From: Squalus acanthias | Taxonomy: Eukaryota | Direction: 5' to 3' | NCBI GenBank assembly: GCA_030390025.1 | Contig: CM059430.1 | Span: forward strand, 52,018,001-52,082,000 | Length of the DNA: 64,000 bases | Shown: positions 11,868-26,308 of the stretch, piece by piece | Numbering within the stretch: the first letter of the stretch is position 1 | How the letters are laid out: the number at the start of each line of letters is the position of its first letter | Notes under the pieces: model-generated | Database searches by the model: none | What the model was told of the DNA's origin: nothing | The model's input: the letters and a program-made list of their open reading frames with translations, nothing else | Program-made: the position numbers and the translations under genes

Positions 11868-13375
11868 TTTTTCTTAATTGTTCATGGGATGTGGGCATCG
11901 CTGGCAAGGCCAGCATTTATTGCCCTTCCCTTGTTGCCCTTGAGAAGGTGGTGGTGAGCTGCCTTCTTGAACCGCTGCAGTCCGTGTGGTGAAGGTACTC
12001 CCACAGTGCTGTTAGGGAGGGAGTTCCAGGAATTTTGACCCAGCAAAGATGAAGGATTGGTGATATACTTCCAAGTCAGGATGGTGTGTGACTTGAAGGG
12101 GAACTTGGAGGTGGTGGTGTTCCCATGTGCCTGCTGTTCTTGTCCTTCTAGGTGTTAGAGGTCGCAGGTTTGGGAGGTGTTGCCGAAGAAGCCTTGGCGA
12201 GTTGCTGCAGTGCATCTTGTAGATGGTACACACTGCAGCCACGGTACGCCGGTGGTGGAGGGAGTGAATGTTTAAGGTGGTGGATGGGGTGCCAATCAAG
12301 CGGGCTGCATTGTCTTGGATGGTGTTGAGCTTCTTGAGTGTTGTTGGAGCTGCACTCATCCAGGCAAGTGGAGAGTATTCAATCACACTCCTTACATGTG
12401 TCTTGTAGCTGGTGGAATGGCTTTGGGGAGTCAGGAGGTGAGACACTCGCCACAGAATACGCAGCCTCTGACCTGCTCTTGTTGCCACAGTATTTATGTG
12501 GCTGGTCCAGTTAAGTTTCTGGTCAATGGTGACCCCCAGGATATTGATGGTGGGGGATTCGTCGATGGTAATGCCGTTCAATTTCAAGGGGTGGTGGTTA
12601 GACACTCGCTTGTTGGAGATAGTCATTGCCTGGCACTTCTGTGGCACGAATGTTACCTGCCACTTATCAGCCCAAGCCTGAATGTCATCCAGGTCTTGCT
12701 GCATGCGGGCATGAGCTGATTCATTATCTGAGGAGTTGCGAATGGCACTGAACACTGTGCAGTCATCAGCGAACATCCCCACTTCTGGCCTTATGTTGGA
12801 GGGAAGGTCATTGATGAAGTAGCTGAAGATGGTTGGGCCTAGGACACTGCCCTGAGGAACTCCTGCAGTGATGTCCTGGGGCTGTGATGATTGACCTCCA
12901 ACCGCCACAACCATCTTCCTTTGTGCTAGGTATGACACCAGCCAGTGGAGTGTTTTCCCCCCGGATTCCCATTGACTTCAGTTTTACCAGGACCCCTTGA
13001 TGCCACACTCGGTCAAATGCTGGCTTGATGTCAAGGGCAGTCACTCTCACCTCACCTCTGGAATTCAGCTATTTTGTCCATGTTTGGACCAAGGCTGTAA
13101 TGAGGTCTGGAGCCGAGTGGTCCTGGAGGAACCCAAACTGGACACCAGTGAGCAGGTTATTGGGGAGTAAGTGCTGCTTGATAGCACTGTCGACGACACC
13201 TTCCATTACTTTGCTGATGATTGAGAGTAGACTGATGTGGCAGTAATTGGCTGGATTGGATTTGTCCTGCTTTCTGTGGACAGGACATATCTAGGCAGTT
13301 TTCCACATTGTCAGATAGATACCAGTGTTCTAGCTATTCTGGAACAGCTTGGCTAAAGGCGCGGCTAGTGCTGCA
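11868..13375 (-). mobile_element. Family B LINE, 5'-truncated; reverse transcriptase
   Basis: ORFs 12012-12938 and 12808-13050 carry RT motifs ALDIKPAFDRVWH, GVPQGSVLGP and FADD. Confidence 0.92.
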
Positions 13376-13639
13376 CAGGTTCAAGTAAAATGATCTCTGT
13401 TCTCCCTCCAGTTTTCTCTAATGTTTATGAATCTGTTTTTGGAGTGGTAAGAATGATCAGAGCTGTATTAAACTCAGTTGGAACAGTGTATTTGAGCCTA
13501 CAACCCACATTCCAACACTTTTTACTCAACTGCCTTTTTGCTAAAATTGGTGGTTATGAATTTCAGCCCCAGGTCACTTGTTTGATACATGCATGGTCAG
13601 AACATTAACTGATGCCTATGTGCTGGCTTGCAATGAGTC

Positions 13640-13860
13640 AGAGATAGAAAGGTTGAGGATGGTGGTGGCAGCCTTAACTGGCACTGGCAGGGCGGTGCCT
13701 ATGTTGCGGGTTGGCTTCAGGTGTCCTCGCAACAGATGGCAAAGTTCTGCGTCTGTCCACCTGCTGGTCTGGAACCAGTGTAAGAAGTTATCCTCAGTCA
13801 TTAGCAGGTAGGTGTACCAAGGCCTGCAGATATGATTGGTAGGACAATGGTGTAGGAGTC
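13640..13860 (-). pseudogene. Harbinger (HARBI1-like) transposase N-terminal remnant
   Basis: RPWYTYLLMTEDNFL...AELCHLL...TALPVPVK..T.LN parallels 29624-30097 ([10 protein letters not shown]...ADICRLL...[13 protein letters not shown]). Confidence 0.65.
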
Positions 13861-14609
13861 TGCTGGCCTCCTTGGCATGCCTTCTTTCATCTTGTTCCAC
13901 TTCAACAATGAAATTCTGTACTGGACACATGTCCAAAACAACCTCATCATTAACTTTACTTCAACCTAGCACCCACCGTGGGATTCTGCAACTTGCACAT
14001 AGATACCTTGTTGCCTCCTGAGCTCCAATAAGAGTTGGTCTTGGAAGAATTCAATATTGTGCGCCTTCTTTTCAGTTCTGTGGAAGTCCAGTAAATGCTT
14101 CGCTTACACTCGGCCTTCTTTTACTTGTGAGCAATAATGGATTATTTTTCCTTTAGGATGTTTAAAATCAAACTTACTGTGTAAATACAAATCGTCCCCT
14201 CCTTAATATTGATAAAAGTCAATAATAAAAATGGCACAGTACTAAAACGGTACTATAAGCATTGCAACAAAGAACAAGTACAAAGCCTGTTCTCTTTGAA
14301 AGTTCTATCATGCATGGGCCTACCCTTGCTCCACTGAAAATGGCTGTGAAGGCAAAATGTGCAATCCTCATGCAAGCACTGTGAACCTCTGCCAAGTGTT
14401 CATTTAAATATTCTTGCCCATATTCTGGTTCCTTAATGAAGCCATGGCACAAAACGTGCATTCTGACTCGAGTGCAAAAAATGCGACCCACTGAAACAAA
14501 TCACAGGCAGAGGGAATCTGGCACAATATACGCCTTTGGACCACTCGGCCAATTCTCCGACCCTCTGCTCCCACTCAGCACCTGCACAGCTGAACGGAAG
14601 ATCTCTACC

Positions 14610-14897
14610 GAGGCCCGGTCTGCCCGCTCAGGTGGACGTAAAAGATCCCATGACACTATTTGAAAGAAGAGCAAAGGAGTTCTCCCCAATATTTATCTCT
14701 CAACCAACATCACTAAAAGAGATTATCTGGTCATTATCACATTGTTGTTTATGGGACCTTGCTGTGCGCAAATTGGTTGCCGCGTTTTCTACATTGCAAC
14801 AGTGACTATACTTCAAAAGTACTTCATTGGCTTTAAAGCGCATTGGGACGTCCTGAGGTCGTGAGGCGCTATATAAATGCAAGTCCTTCTTTCTTTG
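14610..14897 (+). mobile_element. SacSINE1-like DeuSINE, 3' half
   Basis: Deu-domain-like aaagatcccatg..act..ttgaagaagag core and gcgctatataaatgcaagtc tail; same family as 40561-41027. Confidence 0.75.
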
Positions 14898-16152
14898 TTC
14901 CTCCTCATATCTATAGCAGAAGTCACAATGGAAAGGGGAAAGCTAATCCTTCAAACGGTGTTCCATTTCAAAATAATGCACAAAAAAGAAATGATAAAAC
15001 TGTCCATAAACCTTCAGACATGCAATATATTTGCTCATTACAAAATACATTGCCTTTAGCAGATTAAAGGAAGAAAAATTAAATGATGCACGCAAAGTCT
15101 TAGAAAACCCACTACACTTTACGCCTCTGAGTGAATTAGTGCTGTTTCCATCGATCACAGCACTAATTTGAATCAAATTGATCTGAATTAAATTATTCCA
15201 GTTCTCATTTCTTCATTGCTAAATGCAAGAGTTACGCAAGGGAGGAAACAGGCCTCAGGCAACAGAATAACAATATTATTAAGCTGAGTCGTGCAAACTG
15301 TGATACACAATGGAGCGAAGCCCATCAGTTTTATAATATGAGTGAGAAAGACTCAACACCATCAGTCCTGAGCAATGGAGTTATAGGCAGTCGAAGCAGA
15401 ATACTCCACTGTGCGCCTGTGAAATGGGCGCTAAGCCTCCAAAATTTTGCACCGTCATCTGTCATGCTCAATCTGGATAGGAAGTCTGCTGGACACCAGT
15501 TTTAGGTTCCTCAATTATGCAACTCGGAGTCCTACGCCATTTCTAGGACCCTGAATGCCAAAGTCATGTACAAATGGGCGGAGCTTGCGCACGCATCACC
15601 ATGCTAGTGGTACTAGGTCTTGAGCGGCCTAAAGGGACTGCTGGAAAAAAGGCACAAGAAATTTTCAGTTTTTATTTTTGTGGGCCTAGCAGAAGTAGGA
15701 GTGCCCACAAAAATACTCTAGTCCGCCGCTGGCACGCTTGAGGCCCACCCTCCCCCAGGATCGGACTCGACCCCCCCCCACCCCCACCAGACACGACCAG
15801 CCGGCCGACTTCCCACCCTCCCCGAACCGTGAGCTGCAGTCGGGAGCTCGTTTGCTGTCCGCAGCTGGCCACTGGCATTTAAGTGAGGCTCAAAGACAAA
15901 TTTGGCTTAGGCCTCAGTCCGGCACGCACCAACATGTGCTGCAGTTGATCAGGTAACCTCACGCCCGTTTGACACAAGTCAAATTTCTCCTCCATTATTT
16001 CAGGCACAGTGGTGACTTTTAATACATATTTTAATAAATATGAAATAAATTTTACACTTATAGGAGTAATTTTCAATGTACCACTGGGGCGTAAAATCTT
16101 GGGTACCCGTTACAGAAACCACCCAATTTCCTTTCCATTGAACGTCGGTTTT

Positions 16153-16420
16153 ATAAGAACATAAGAAATAGGAGCAGGAGTCGGCCATTTGGCCCCTCGA
16201 GCCTGCTCCGCCATTCACGAAGATCATGGCTGATCTTCTACCTCATCTCGACTTTCCTGCACTATCCCCATATCCCTTGATTCCCTTAATATTCAAATAT
16301 CTATTGATCTCTATCTTGAATATACTCAACGACTGAGCCGCCACAGCCCTCTGGGGTAGAGAATTCCAAAGATTCACCACCCTCTGAGTGAAGAAATTTC
16401 TCCTCATCTCAGTGCTAAAT
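16153..16420 (-). mobile_element. CR1/HER1-type LINE 3' end
   Basis: ataagaacataagaa tail plus 3' UTR shared with 4400-4600 and 46437-46690. Confidence 0.8.
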
Positions 16421-19400
16421 GTTGAATATCACTCCCATGACTTTCTTCAATAAAATGAAGATTATTTTAAACAAGTTCTCTCCTTAAGCGCTTCTTTTCC
16501 ATTTAAGGACTGCAGATCTTTGAGAACGAACCCCCCAGGGTGGGTGGAAGGTCAATTTGGACCTCAAGGGGGTCTTATTTCTTGAGCTTGTGCGCGCTAT
16601 GATGTTTAGATGAGTGCATTCCCCCGAATTTAGAACTTGCTACGGTTCGGTTACAACACACGGAGGAAACTGTGAGAGCGAGTTTATTCTACTCTTGCAG
16701 TGGAGTTGAAACACGTCCACTGGGCTGCTGCTTTCAGGCTGGCTGCCCTCCAGAAACCTCCAGCAATACTGTACTTTGGCACTTTGCCTGTGCAACAGAA
16801 GCTTTAAACAGAATGTTTCCTCTTTGATAGTGATATGGAGAAGCCATATTTCATTGAAGAGCTCACCAGCACCGTAAGCCCTTGTTTAATACAGAATAGT
16901 ACAAACTGCTATGTGTCAATTCCTCAACCGAAGCCCATCAACAAATCTCTACACTTCAGGATCATTTGTGACTTGCAGGCCTTGAATTAATTGGGGAGGC
17001 CTAGTTTACAGTGGGCCTAACTTGCATATCCAAATGAGCTAATTATCATAATCCAATATTATCCCAAAGGCAAAACAATTGTAATCTGATGTTCAGAAAG
17101 TTGGGCTGTGCCGTTTGAGTTGAATGGGAAAATCCATTTTTCTAATAAAGCTACTTTACCTGTGTAAATTTAGCCCAACTTGCTATCCCATTATTAGGAT
17201 TGTACTCTTCAAACTTGGTTAGATATGACTCGTGATTGTCAGTGTTGGTTGCCAAAGCACGCCATCCCGGCTGGGAACAAACCTCCCTTTCACACTCTTG
17301 GCCACAGTTGCCGTGTGTCTAAGAAAAGGAGTTCGCCCTCAAATATATGGATTTGACTAAATGTGACAAGTATGAAGCAATTCTGTCTTGGTTTGGTCTG
17401 GTAGATATACCTTTAAATAAGTGAGATTTTAAAAAAAGCCATCTGCAGCTTTAACCTTTTTTTTACATATGTTACAGCATATATGCATTTAAGGGGAAGC
17501 TAGATAAACACACAAGGGAGAATGGAACAGAAGATTAGGCTTATAGGGTGAGATGAAGAGGGGTGGGAGGAGGCTCGTGTTGAGCATAAACACCAGTTTA
17601 GACCAGTTGGGTCGAATGGCCTGTTTCTGTGCCGAGCATTCTATGTAATGTTGCAAAGTTTGTTGTTATAGTTGCCCTGGTAACAAATTTGAGAGGTAGA
17701 CTAATGTAATTTTCAAATATATACAGGCTTTGTGATGATTTCAGTTATGAATATAGCAGTCTGCTTTTTTTTTGAATGAGGCCACCAGTTATGAATTTCT
17801 AATGAGCCTTGGCAGCAGATTGGGAGCTATAAAAAGCAGGCAACTGCAAAGAATCCGCTCAGTCGAGTTGAATTGAACAAGGTAAGGTCTTCATAAAGAG
17901 GCAGCTAGATTTGCGTGAGCTCCCACAGCTTGCAAGGAGACATGTATAGAAATACATGCCACATTTAGATTCATGACAGCTTGTGATTTTGCCCTTCAAG
18001 GAAACAGATGATAGATGGTATATATGTTGTTATATATTTACATGGCCACTATTTCTGTAATAAATTTACTCAAATGAGTATGGACAGTAGTTCACAGCAC
18101 AACATCTGTCCTCAGCTCTTTGTGCTAATTGGCTTAAATTTGCTTAAAACTAGATCAAGGTCTGTTGCGATGTTCTGCCACTTATCGAGGGATGGAGATA
18201 GGCCTGTGGAAGCATCAGAATAATTCCTGACAGGCCAGGGTTTCTTTTTGTTGTGCTGGGTGTGTTATCGAATGGTTTACCTAGATCGCAAGGCTCGTGA
18301 AGACACTCTCAAAGGTATACGGGTTTGGGAGAGTGATTGAAGATATGAAAGTCAAAAAATCTAGGGTTAAGAAGGGGTAAATAGCCCCAAAAATATCAAT
18401 TCATTATTTCAGCTAACAGGCTCTAATTAAGTTACAAACACATATTCCATGATTCATTTTGTACAGTTACTAGTTATCATATATAAATTGAAGAGGATTA
18501 GTTGTTAGTTCTCCCCCTTATTCTTTCCTATTATATAGGCTCAGCAAGGTTTTGACTTGGGCTCATGCACTGACAACACAGCCCGTCTAGCAGACATATT
18601 TTATATTACATATACACTCATCTAAAGTGTGAGAGTATAAGTGAAGGCCATACTTATTCACTGTACCTTAAGGTGAAGACTGATATTGCGGTATAGAATA
18701 TTTATCCAGTTTGTACTCAACTGACAGCACTAATGATTTTCACATTGGATGTGATTCAGAACACCTCCTATACTTGCTAATGTTGTGTCTCAACCTTCGA
18801 TCCTTTATAATTCCCTCCACTACACTGCCTTACTGCCTTCAAGTCTGTGCCACTTAGCACCAAGACTAAGGACCGATGTTGTGCCGTGAACTATTTGGCA
18901 CTGTCCAAACTCACTTCACCCTTAATGGGCAACAGGGTGAAGAAACCAACATCCCTTCCTACATTACAACAGTGACTGCCTTTCCGCAGTACTTCATTGG
19001 CTGTAACGCGCGGTGGAACACCCCGAGGTCCTGAAAGGTGCTATATAAATACGAGTTCTTTCTTTCTTTTCAGGCTCCATTTCAATCTGGTCTGAAAAAG
19101 GGAAATGCCTATTTTTTTTCTGTCAGGTTGGGCTCTTTCCCAAGATGGAGTAGAGACGTTTTACTCTGATGGAGAAGCTCGGCATTTGCAACAGACCTAT
19201 GACATGCCGTTCAACAGATCAAAGGTCAGACATTTCCAGTCGCCAGGAACTGAGGCCAGAATCCTAAGCACAGCCAGAGTTGGTTTATAGACCAGAGCAG
19301 GAAAGATACATTCCGTCATTTGGCTTCGGTCTAAATTCCAATTTAGATCAACCTCTAATTCAGATTGCAGATGAATTAGCAGGTTCCACAGAAACTGGAA

Positions 19401-19609
19401 TTCAATAGAACAGACTGTCAGCAAATGTACCAAATGACTCACATTTCAGGGGTCGGTCCTGAATTGACCATTTACTGGCAGCAATATTAAAAATCCGCAC
19501 GTCACAGGTTCTCAGCCTGCCATCAGTTGATTGTTTTGTTATTTGATTGTATGTCTCAGAAAGGGCTCTCCCTCCCAAACTAGTTTCCTCTCCCGCCACC
19601 ACAAGTTAG

Positions 19610-19917
19610 AAACTGTTTCTACTGGCGGGTGGGTCAATAGCCAGAGGACACAGGTTTAAGATAATTGTCAAAAAAACCAGAGGGGAGATGAGGAGAATTT
19701 TTTTCACACAGCGAGTTGTGATCTGGAATGCACTGCCTGAAAGGGTGCTGGAAGCAGATTCAATCAGAACTTATCAAGTATATAGGGAACTGGATATATA
19801 CTTGAAAAAGGAAATTTTGCAGGGCGATGGGGATAGAACAGGGGGAGTGGGACTAATTGGATAGCTCTTTCAAAGAGCCGGCACAGATTCTGTACTATAT
19901 GATTCTATGATTCTATG
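19610..19917 (+). mobile_element. CR1 LINE 3' end
   Basis: FFTQRV..WNALPE-type sequence ending in (gattctat)n. Confidence 0.8.
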
Positions 19918-19929
19918 TCCTGGCCAAAA

Positions 19930-20225
19930 CTTCAGTCCAGCCCTGAAACCTTCCAAAAACTCTGCGTTCCTCCAATTCTGACCCCTTGTGCATTCCTGAC
20001 TTCTTTCGCACCACCTTTGGCCTTAGCCACGCCTAAACCTCTCCACACCTCTCTCCTTCTTTAAGACACTCCTTAAAACCTACCTCTTTGACCAAGCTTT
20101 TGGCCATCTGTCCTAATGTCTCCTTCTTTGGCTCGGTGTTAAATTTGTTGTCTGATTACGTTCCTGTGAAGTGCCTTGGGACATTTTACTACTTTAAAAG
20201 ACACTACATAAATGCAAGTTGTTGA
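19930..20225 (+). mobile_element. L2-type LINE 3' end
   Basis: ccttaaaacctacctctttgaccaagctttt followed by the tail shared with the DeuSINE. Confidence 0.6.
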
Positions 20226-20785
20226 TGCGGAATGCTTCCCATGAGTGAGACTAGAGGTCAAGACTGGATTCAGACTAGTTAGTCTCTCCTGTTTGAGATT
20301 CAGGCCCTGTAACTCATATCACAATTCTTTGGGTGAGTTCATGCTAATTGGAAGTAATTTCTCATTTCCACCAACTATCTTGTGTCGTGCAACCAGGCAG
20401 ACAGCAGAGATTGGAGGCAGGGACTGGAAGCAGCATTATACGTGTTCCATTGTTACTGAAAGATCACTGTACACTGCGATAGTGAGCTGGTGGGCTGCTC
20501 AGTGACCATGGTGAAGCTAGAGAAGATGACCTGCTAATTAGTGGAAGCCATGACCTCTGCTGAAGTAGCAACATCCTATTTGTAAACGTGGATACAAATT
20601 AAAAGGAAAGGCAGGCCACCACTTGGAAACAGGATAAGCAACAACTTCAATGTGATAACGAGCTGTCACAATATTTGTGCATCTCCCAGACAACACAGCA
20701 ACTCTTAGAATTGCTGACTTTACTATATTATTAGAATGATGATCTTACCATCTGTTAACAAGCAAACTTCCAGTAATGTGTCCCT

Positions 20786-21642
20786 AGATATCAATGGACT
20801 AGTCAAGTGGGCAGAACAGTGGCAAATGGAATTCAATCTGGAGAAGTGTGAGGTAATGCATTTGGGGAGGGCTAACAAGGCAAGGGAATACACTATAACT
20901 GGTAGGACACTGAGAAGTACAGAAGATCAGAGAGACCTTGGAGTGCAAGTCCACAGATCCCTGAAGGTAGCAGGACAGGTAGATAAGGTGGTTAAGAAGG
21001 CATACGGGATACTTGCCTTTATTAGCCGAGGCATAGAATATAAGAGCAGGGAGGTTATGCTTGAACTGTATAAAACACTAGTTAGGCCTCAGCTAGAGCA
21101 CTGTGTGCAGTTCTGGTCACCACATTACAGGAAGGATGTGATTGCACTAGAGGGGGTGCAGAGGAGATTTACGAGGCTGTTGCCTGGGCTGGGGAATTTT
21201 AGCTATGAGGAAAGATTGGATAGGCTGGGGTTGTTTTCTTTGGAACAGAGGAGGCTGAGGGGATACCTAATTGAGGTGTATAAAATTATGGGGGCCTAGA
21301 TAAAGTGGATAGGGAGGACCTATTTCCCTTAGCAGAAGGGTCAATAACCAGGGGGCACGGATTTAAAGTAATTGGTCGGAGGTTGAGAGGGGAGTTGAGG
21401 AGAGATTTTTTCACCCAGAGGGTGGTGGGGGTCTGGAACTCATTGCCTGAAAGGGTGGTAGAGGCAGAGACCCTCATCACATTTAAAAAGTACTTGGATA
21501 TTCACTTGAAGTGCCGTAACCTACAAGGCTACGGACCAAGTGCTGGAAAGTGGGATTAGGGTGGATAGCTCTTTGTCGGCAGGCGCGGACAAGATGGGCC
21601 GAATGGCCTCCTTCTGTGCTGTAAATTCCTATGATTCTATGA
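20786..21642 (+). mobile_element. CR1 LINE 3' portion (ORF2 C-terminus, 3' UTR)
   Basis: ORFs 20736-21299 and 21305-21559 (WQMEFNLEKCEVMHLG, LVRPQLEHCVQFWSP); (tatgattc)n tail. Confidence 0.92.
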
Positions 21643-21897
21643 TAGTTCCAAGGGTGAACTCCCAGATCGATTAGGATATGTGGAGGTAAAACCAAATGTA
21701 TTCAAGTCATGCTCAGAGATCTGGAATCCAGAAGTGTCCATACTCCTGGTCTTTGTGGCTGCTTAGGCTCCCTGCCGTGTATCTCGTAGACCATGGATAA
21801 CCTTTAAATGTTCTCATCACTTTGTAAATCTCTAAAGCTACAGATACCAACAGGTCTAGGGGTTCTGAATTAGGATTTTTCCACAATTAAAGCAACA

Positions 21898-22257
21898 CCA
21901 CCCTCCAGGATTGGCCTGGAGTCTCCAGGAACTAAAGATTAATCTCCAGGACACTGCTGCGAGCAACCCGGGAGAAAAATCATAGGAGCATTAAAAAAAT
22001 TGTATGTTGTTTCCATTTTCTTTGAGCACTTTCATTTATTAGTTGTAAAAGTATTGGAGATGGGAAAATTGGCTGTTTGACTGACAGTCAAGAATTATCC
22101 AATCAAGTAACTAAGAGTCTGTTCACTTTACACTTGGTATGGGAAGGTGGTGCGTTGCAAGGAGGGCCTGTTGGGTGACCTATGGCAGGGTGGTTGGAGC
22201 CAAGCGATCATGTGATGAAATCTCCAGAAATATGCCCAACCAGAGTTGGCAACACTG
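21898..22257. mobile_element. hAT-like MITE, left end eroded
   Basis: Right terminus gttggcaacactg; ccctccaggattggcctggagtctccagga subterminal motif of CAGGGTTGCCAAC-type elements. Confidence 0.5.
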
Positions 22258-22314
22258 AGTCTCAGGTGAGTCCCAGCCAGTCAATAATGACGATACAACC
22301 TTATGGGCCCCTTA

Positions 22315-22617
<303 letters not shown>

Positions 22618-22821
22618 TTACATATTTTAAAATAATTTACCAGCTGTACACATAATGAGTTAATTTACACATTATTATAATCACAGGTCACGCTATTCCA
22701 GGCAATCTTCACATATCATTTACATAATTAGTGTGCTAAAAGCTATTCAAACCTTATTAAAATAGATGGTTAGTTGCTAACCCTCTCATGCAATTAGATT
22801 TTGAACAAAGGCTGCATTTTA

Positions 22822-23004
<183 letters not shown>

Positions 23005-23359
23005 TCATTTCTTTTCCAAACTGGAAATAATGGATTTCTTTTAATAAGAATAGGCTACATGAGGAATGAGGTGGCACATTCAGTTACAACACTTTCGTCA
23101 CTGGAATCCAAAGACCCCCTGCCCTCCCCCCATTATACAACATGCATCGCCTGTCAGCTGATGGGAAGCAGCACACAGATGGTAGTCATGGTGATATCTG
23201 TGGCCCGCAACATCTCATCCCGTCAGAGGAGAAAGCAGAAGAGGGATTAAAAACAGAAGGTAAAATTACAGGAATGTGGCTGCAGTGAGCTGGTAGCAGT
23301 TTTACCCTTATTTGTGTGTTTAAGAGTAAAGAACTAATTTATTAAAAAAAGCATTGGTT

Positions 23360-23872
23360 AGTCCATAGTTAGAGAGTACTGTGTGCAGTGTGGGTGCCCC
23401 GTTAAGGAAAGGACATTAAAGCCACAGAGAGGGTACAGAACAGAATGATGCAAGGGATGAGAAGCGATAGTTACAAGGACAGATTTGAGATACTGAGAGT
23501 ATATTCATTGGAGTAAAGAAAGCTAAGAGGAGAAATTATAAAGGATTTTGATATAGTGAATAGGGACAAAATATTTCTTCTGGTTGGGGAGAGTCAGTAA
23601 TAAGGAGTCATCAATTTAAATTTGCCAGTAGGAGAGTGAGGAGAGAGGTTCTTTACACAGAAGGTTGTTGGAGCATGGAGTGCTTTGCCACAGGGAGTAG
23701 TTGAGGTAGCAACATCTTTTAAAGGGAAAATTGGATAAATATTGAAGCAGAGGAAGATACAGGGATATGGAGAGAGCGCAGGCTACAGGGATTAGCTTCG
23801 GATTCCTCTAGCACAGAACCGGCACGGACACGATGGGCCAAATGGCCTCCTCCTGTGCTGTAAATGTCTATG
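23360..23872 (+). mobile_element. Old CR1 3' fragment
   Basis: Degenerate homology to 21080-21640. Confidence 0.7.
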
Positions 23873-24079
23873 GCTCTGTGATGGTTTGCGACCAAAGATG
23901 TTGTTTCTGGTCTGCGGATGTGTATTGTGTTAACAGACTCAGTAATATTTAACTTCTGTAACAAGCAGCCTGCCAGTATTTTAATACTATGAACAAAATA
24001 TTATTTCACTGTTCATAGTGTGGTTTCCTCTGGGGCGACCAAATGCGGATTAGAGAACTATCTTGCTAAACATTTTTGT

Positions 24080-24700
24080 TGCGTTTACCAGCGTGAATCC
24101 TGCCATTCCTGCGGCTCGCCACTTTAACTCTCACTTCCCATTCCCACACTGGCCTCTTCACCTTTGGCCCATGACGCTATTGGTCCAACCAAGCTCAGTG
24201 CAGGCTTCAGAGCAATATCTCACCTTTCTCCTGTGCACCCTACAGTGACCATTCATTTTAATAACCTTAGCTTTCTCTCCCAGGTAATCAGAAGCCGGGG
24301 TAGGGGGCATTGGCATCTGGTGGAAGTGAGTGGGAGCGGGTTGGCATTGCAGGTGTGGACCCTTTATTGGAACACTGTCCTTTCCCTTTTCAGATGTTGC
24401 TGTTCCTGTTGAGTGTTTCCATTTTCTATTTGTATTTCATTGCCCTACGTAGACTTTTATTCTTTTAATTACCTCACTTATGTGATCTCCAAATGTTTTT
24501 GCTTCTATTCAGCTTTTCAAAAAAAAAACCTGCTTGGGCATTCTGCCCATTAGTTCTCTTCATCCTCTTCCGTTGGTTCAGTTGCATTAAAGGACTCATT
24601 TATCTTTCAGTTATGATGAAAGATCTACACACGGAGCACTAACCTGTCTCTCTCTCTCTTTACAGCTGCCAAAGAGGCTGTTGTGGATTTTCTGGTTTTA
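24080..24700 (+). mobile_element. Degraded Penelope-like element (GIY-YIG C-terminus plus pseudo-LTR remnant)
   Basis: IPAARHFNS and EQYLTFLLCTLQ resemble Penelope PVAxHFNS / EQHLIFRLGTLQP; decayed pseudo-LTR at ~24605-24700. Confidence 0.55.
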
Positions 24701-25004
24701 GTTTTGATTCCGACAGCCTCATTTGACTACATGCAAAATGAAACCTGTAGAATCACACCAACATATCTTGCACTTCCACCCATCCCTCTCTCTCTCTATC
24801 TACATTATCACTTCCCCATCTGACTAACCACCCCTCACACTCTCCCTCATCCTAATGCAATCATACCAACTAACACCACACAAGGAGGCCATTTGGCATT
24901 GCCACCCCAATCCATCATAATCACCCTCTAAAGATGTAACCCATCCATTCCTTACACTCATTCCATCACTCTCACTCAAACTTCTCTTCTTTCCCTCCTT
25001 GCAG

Positions 25005-26308
25005 GAGAGCCCACAATAAGAGGGAGAGGGAGAAAACAGGAGGTGGCCCTCCATCCTTCACCACATTATCAGCAGATGTGGCGGCCCTGGAAATCTAGGG
25101 AGTGGCAGAGCAGCTGGAGGTGGGAGACAGAGAGAGGTGGACATCTCAGCAACCTGGTGATAGAAATACATCTCATACAGCAACGTGGCATACAGCAGTC
25201 ACTCATATGGGGACTGATGTCAGCAGCCAGTGAATGTTCATCATGTGCATAATGGTATCGTTACCCATTCTTGATATGACATTTCTAAATCATCTCTTTA
25301 CTGTCCCACAGGTCCATCAAGAGCCCCCCCCCCACCATTATCCAGGAGGAAGAGGAAGACGACTCCTCAGAGGAGCCTCCAGCCTCTGAGGGCGCACCGT
25401 CACCAGACATAAGCGCACCCAGCACCAGCGCAGATACGCACACCTTGGTGGGTCCCACGCGAGATACAGTAGTGTTGTCACCTGGTGTCTCACAAGTCAC
25501 AAGTGAGCAAGAGCAGATGGTGGAGACAGGGACAGCAATGGAGACTCCTTGCCAGAGGGCGCAGGATGCTCCCAGCTCTGCTCAGCTGCATGCAAACGCT
25601 GAGCCTCAGGGGCCATCCAGAAAGAGGGCGATCCTGGAGTTGCAGCAAGAAGTGCAGGAGGCTTTGACAGGTTTTGTGACCATGATGTCTGCAAATGTGC
25701 AGAGAATGGAGGAGTCCATCTCCAACATGAGCACTACCGTGTCGCAGGCGATGGCGACTGTAGGCTCTTCCATGGAAAGGATGACCACCTGCATGGAGCA
25801 GCTAATGCGCCACTCACAGGAGCACATGGTCTCTATGGAGAACAGATGGCTATCTATGGAGAATAGATGGCAGAGGTTCATAGACCTCCTCTCTAGGAGG
25901 TATGTCAGTGTAGACTTGTGTCCTCATGGCCCCACTACTGTGCAGCAAGGTGCTCTCCAGCTCTTTGCTAGCAGGGAAGTGCGGGTGGCCCATGAGAGGG
26001 ATGACAGTGAAAGGGGACATGGAAGTGGGGGCTCCTCTCAAAGCGCTCACACTTCTCCTCCGTTGCCTCCCCCTCAGTCAGAGCCCCACATGCCTCCTGG
26101 GATCACAATGGCAGAGTCTGCCCCTGCACAGTCACAGGAGGAGCAGACTTTGGCGGGGCCATCACAGGCTCCAAGACCCAGAGGACGTCCGGCAAAAGTG
26201 TCTATGCAGTTGCAGCAGGGAAGTGAGCTGGCTGCCTCTACCTCTGCTGAAGCCACAGGGGTAGCACCTCGTAGAAGCATGCATAAGAGAAAGATGACAC
26301 ACAAGTAG
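25005..26308 (+). pseudogene. Harbinger Myb/SANT-like partner gene, exons ~25005-25156 and 25312-26308
   Basis: ttgcag|..RAHNKREREKTGGGPP..(in-frame TAG)..cctg|gtga; cacag| then a long open frame (287-aa ORF with acidic, coiled-coil and P-rich segments). Confidence 0.75.

Noticed and set aside
15134-15168. Perfect 12-bp hairpin AATTAGTGCTGT / ACAGCACTAATT
   Set aside because: Stem too short for a pre-miRNA and no other support.
17040-17165. Minus-strand GIILDYD resembling copine GQIIQDYD
   Set aside because: Upstream stop in frame, no DFTASNG motif and no suitable donor; the next CPNE2 exon appears to lie left of the window.
19230-19320. Minus-strand IFPAL...VPGDWK resembling the copine exon DKMFPALGFGAQLPPDWK
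   Set aside because: Wrong spacing, no flanking AG/GT, and the preceding VGIDFTASNG exon was not found; treated as coincidence.
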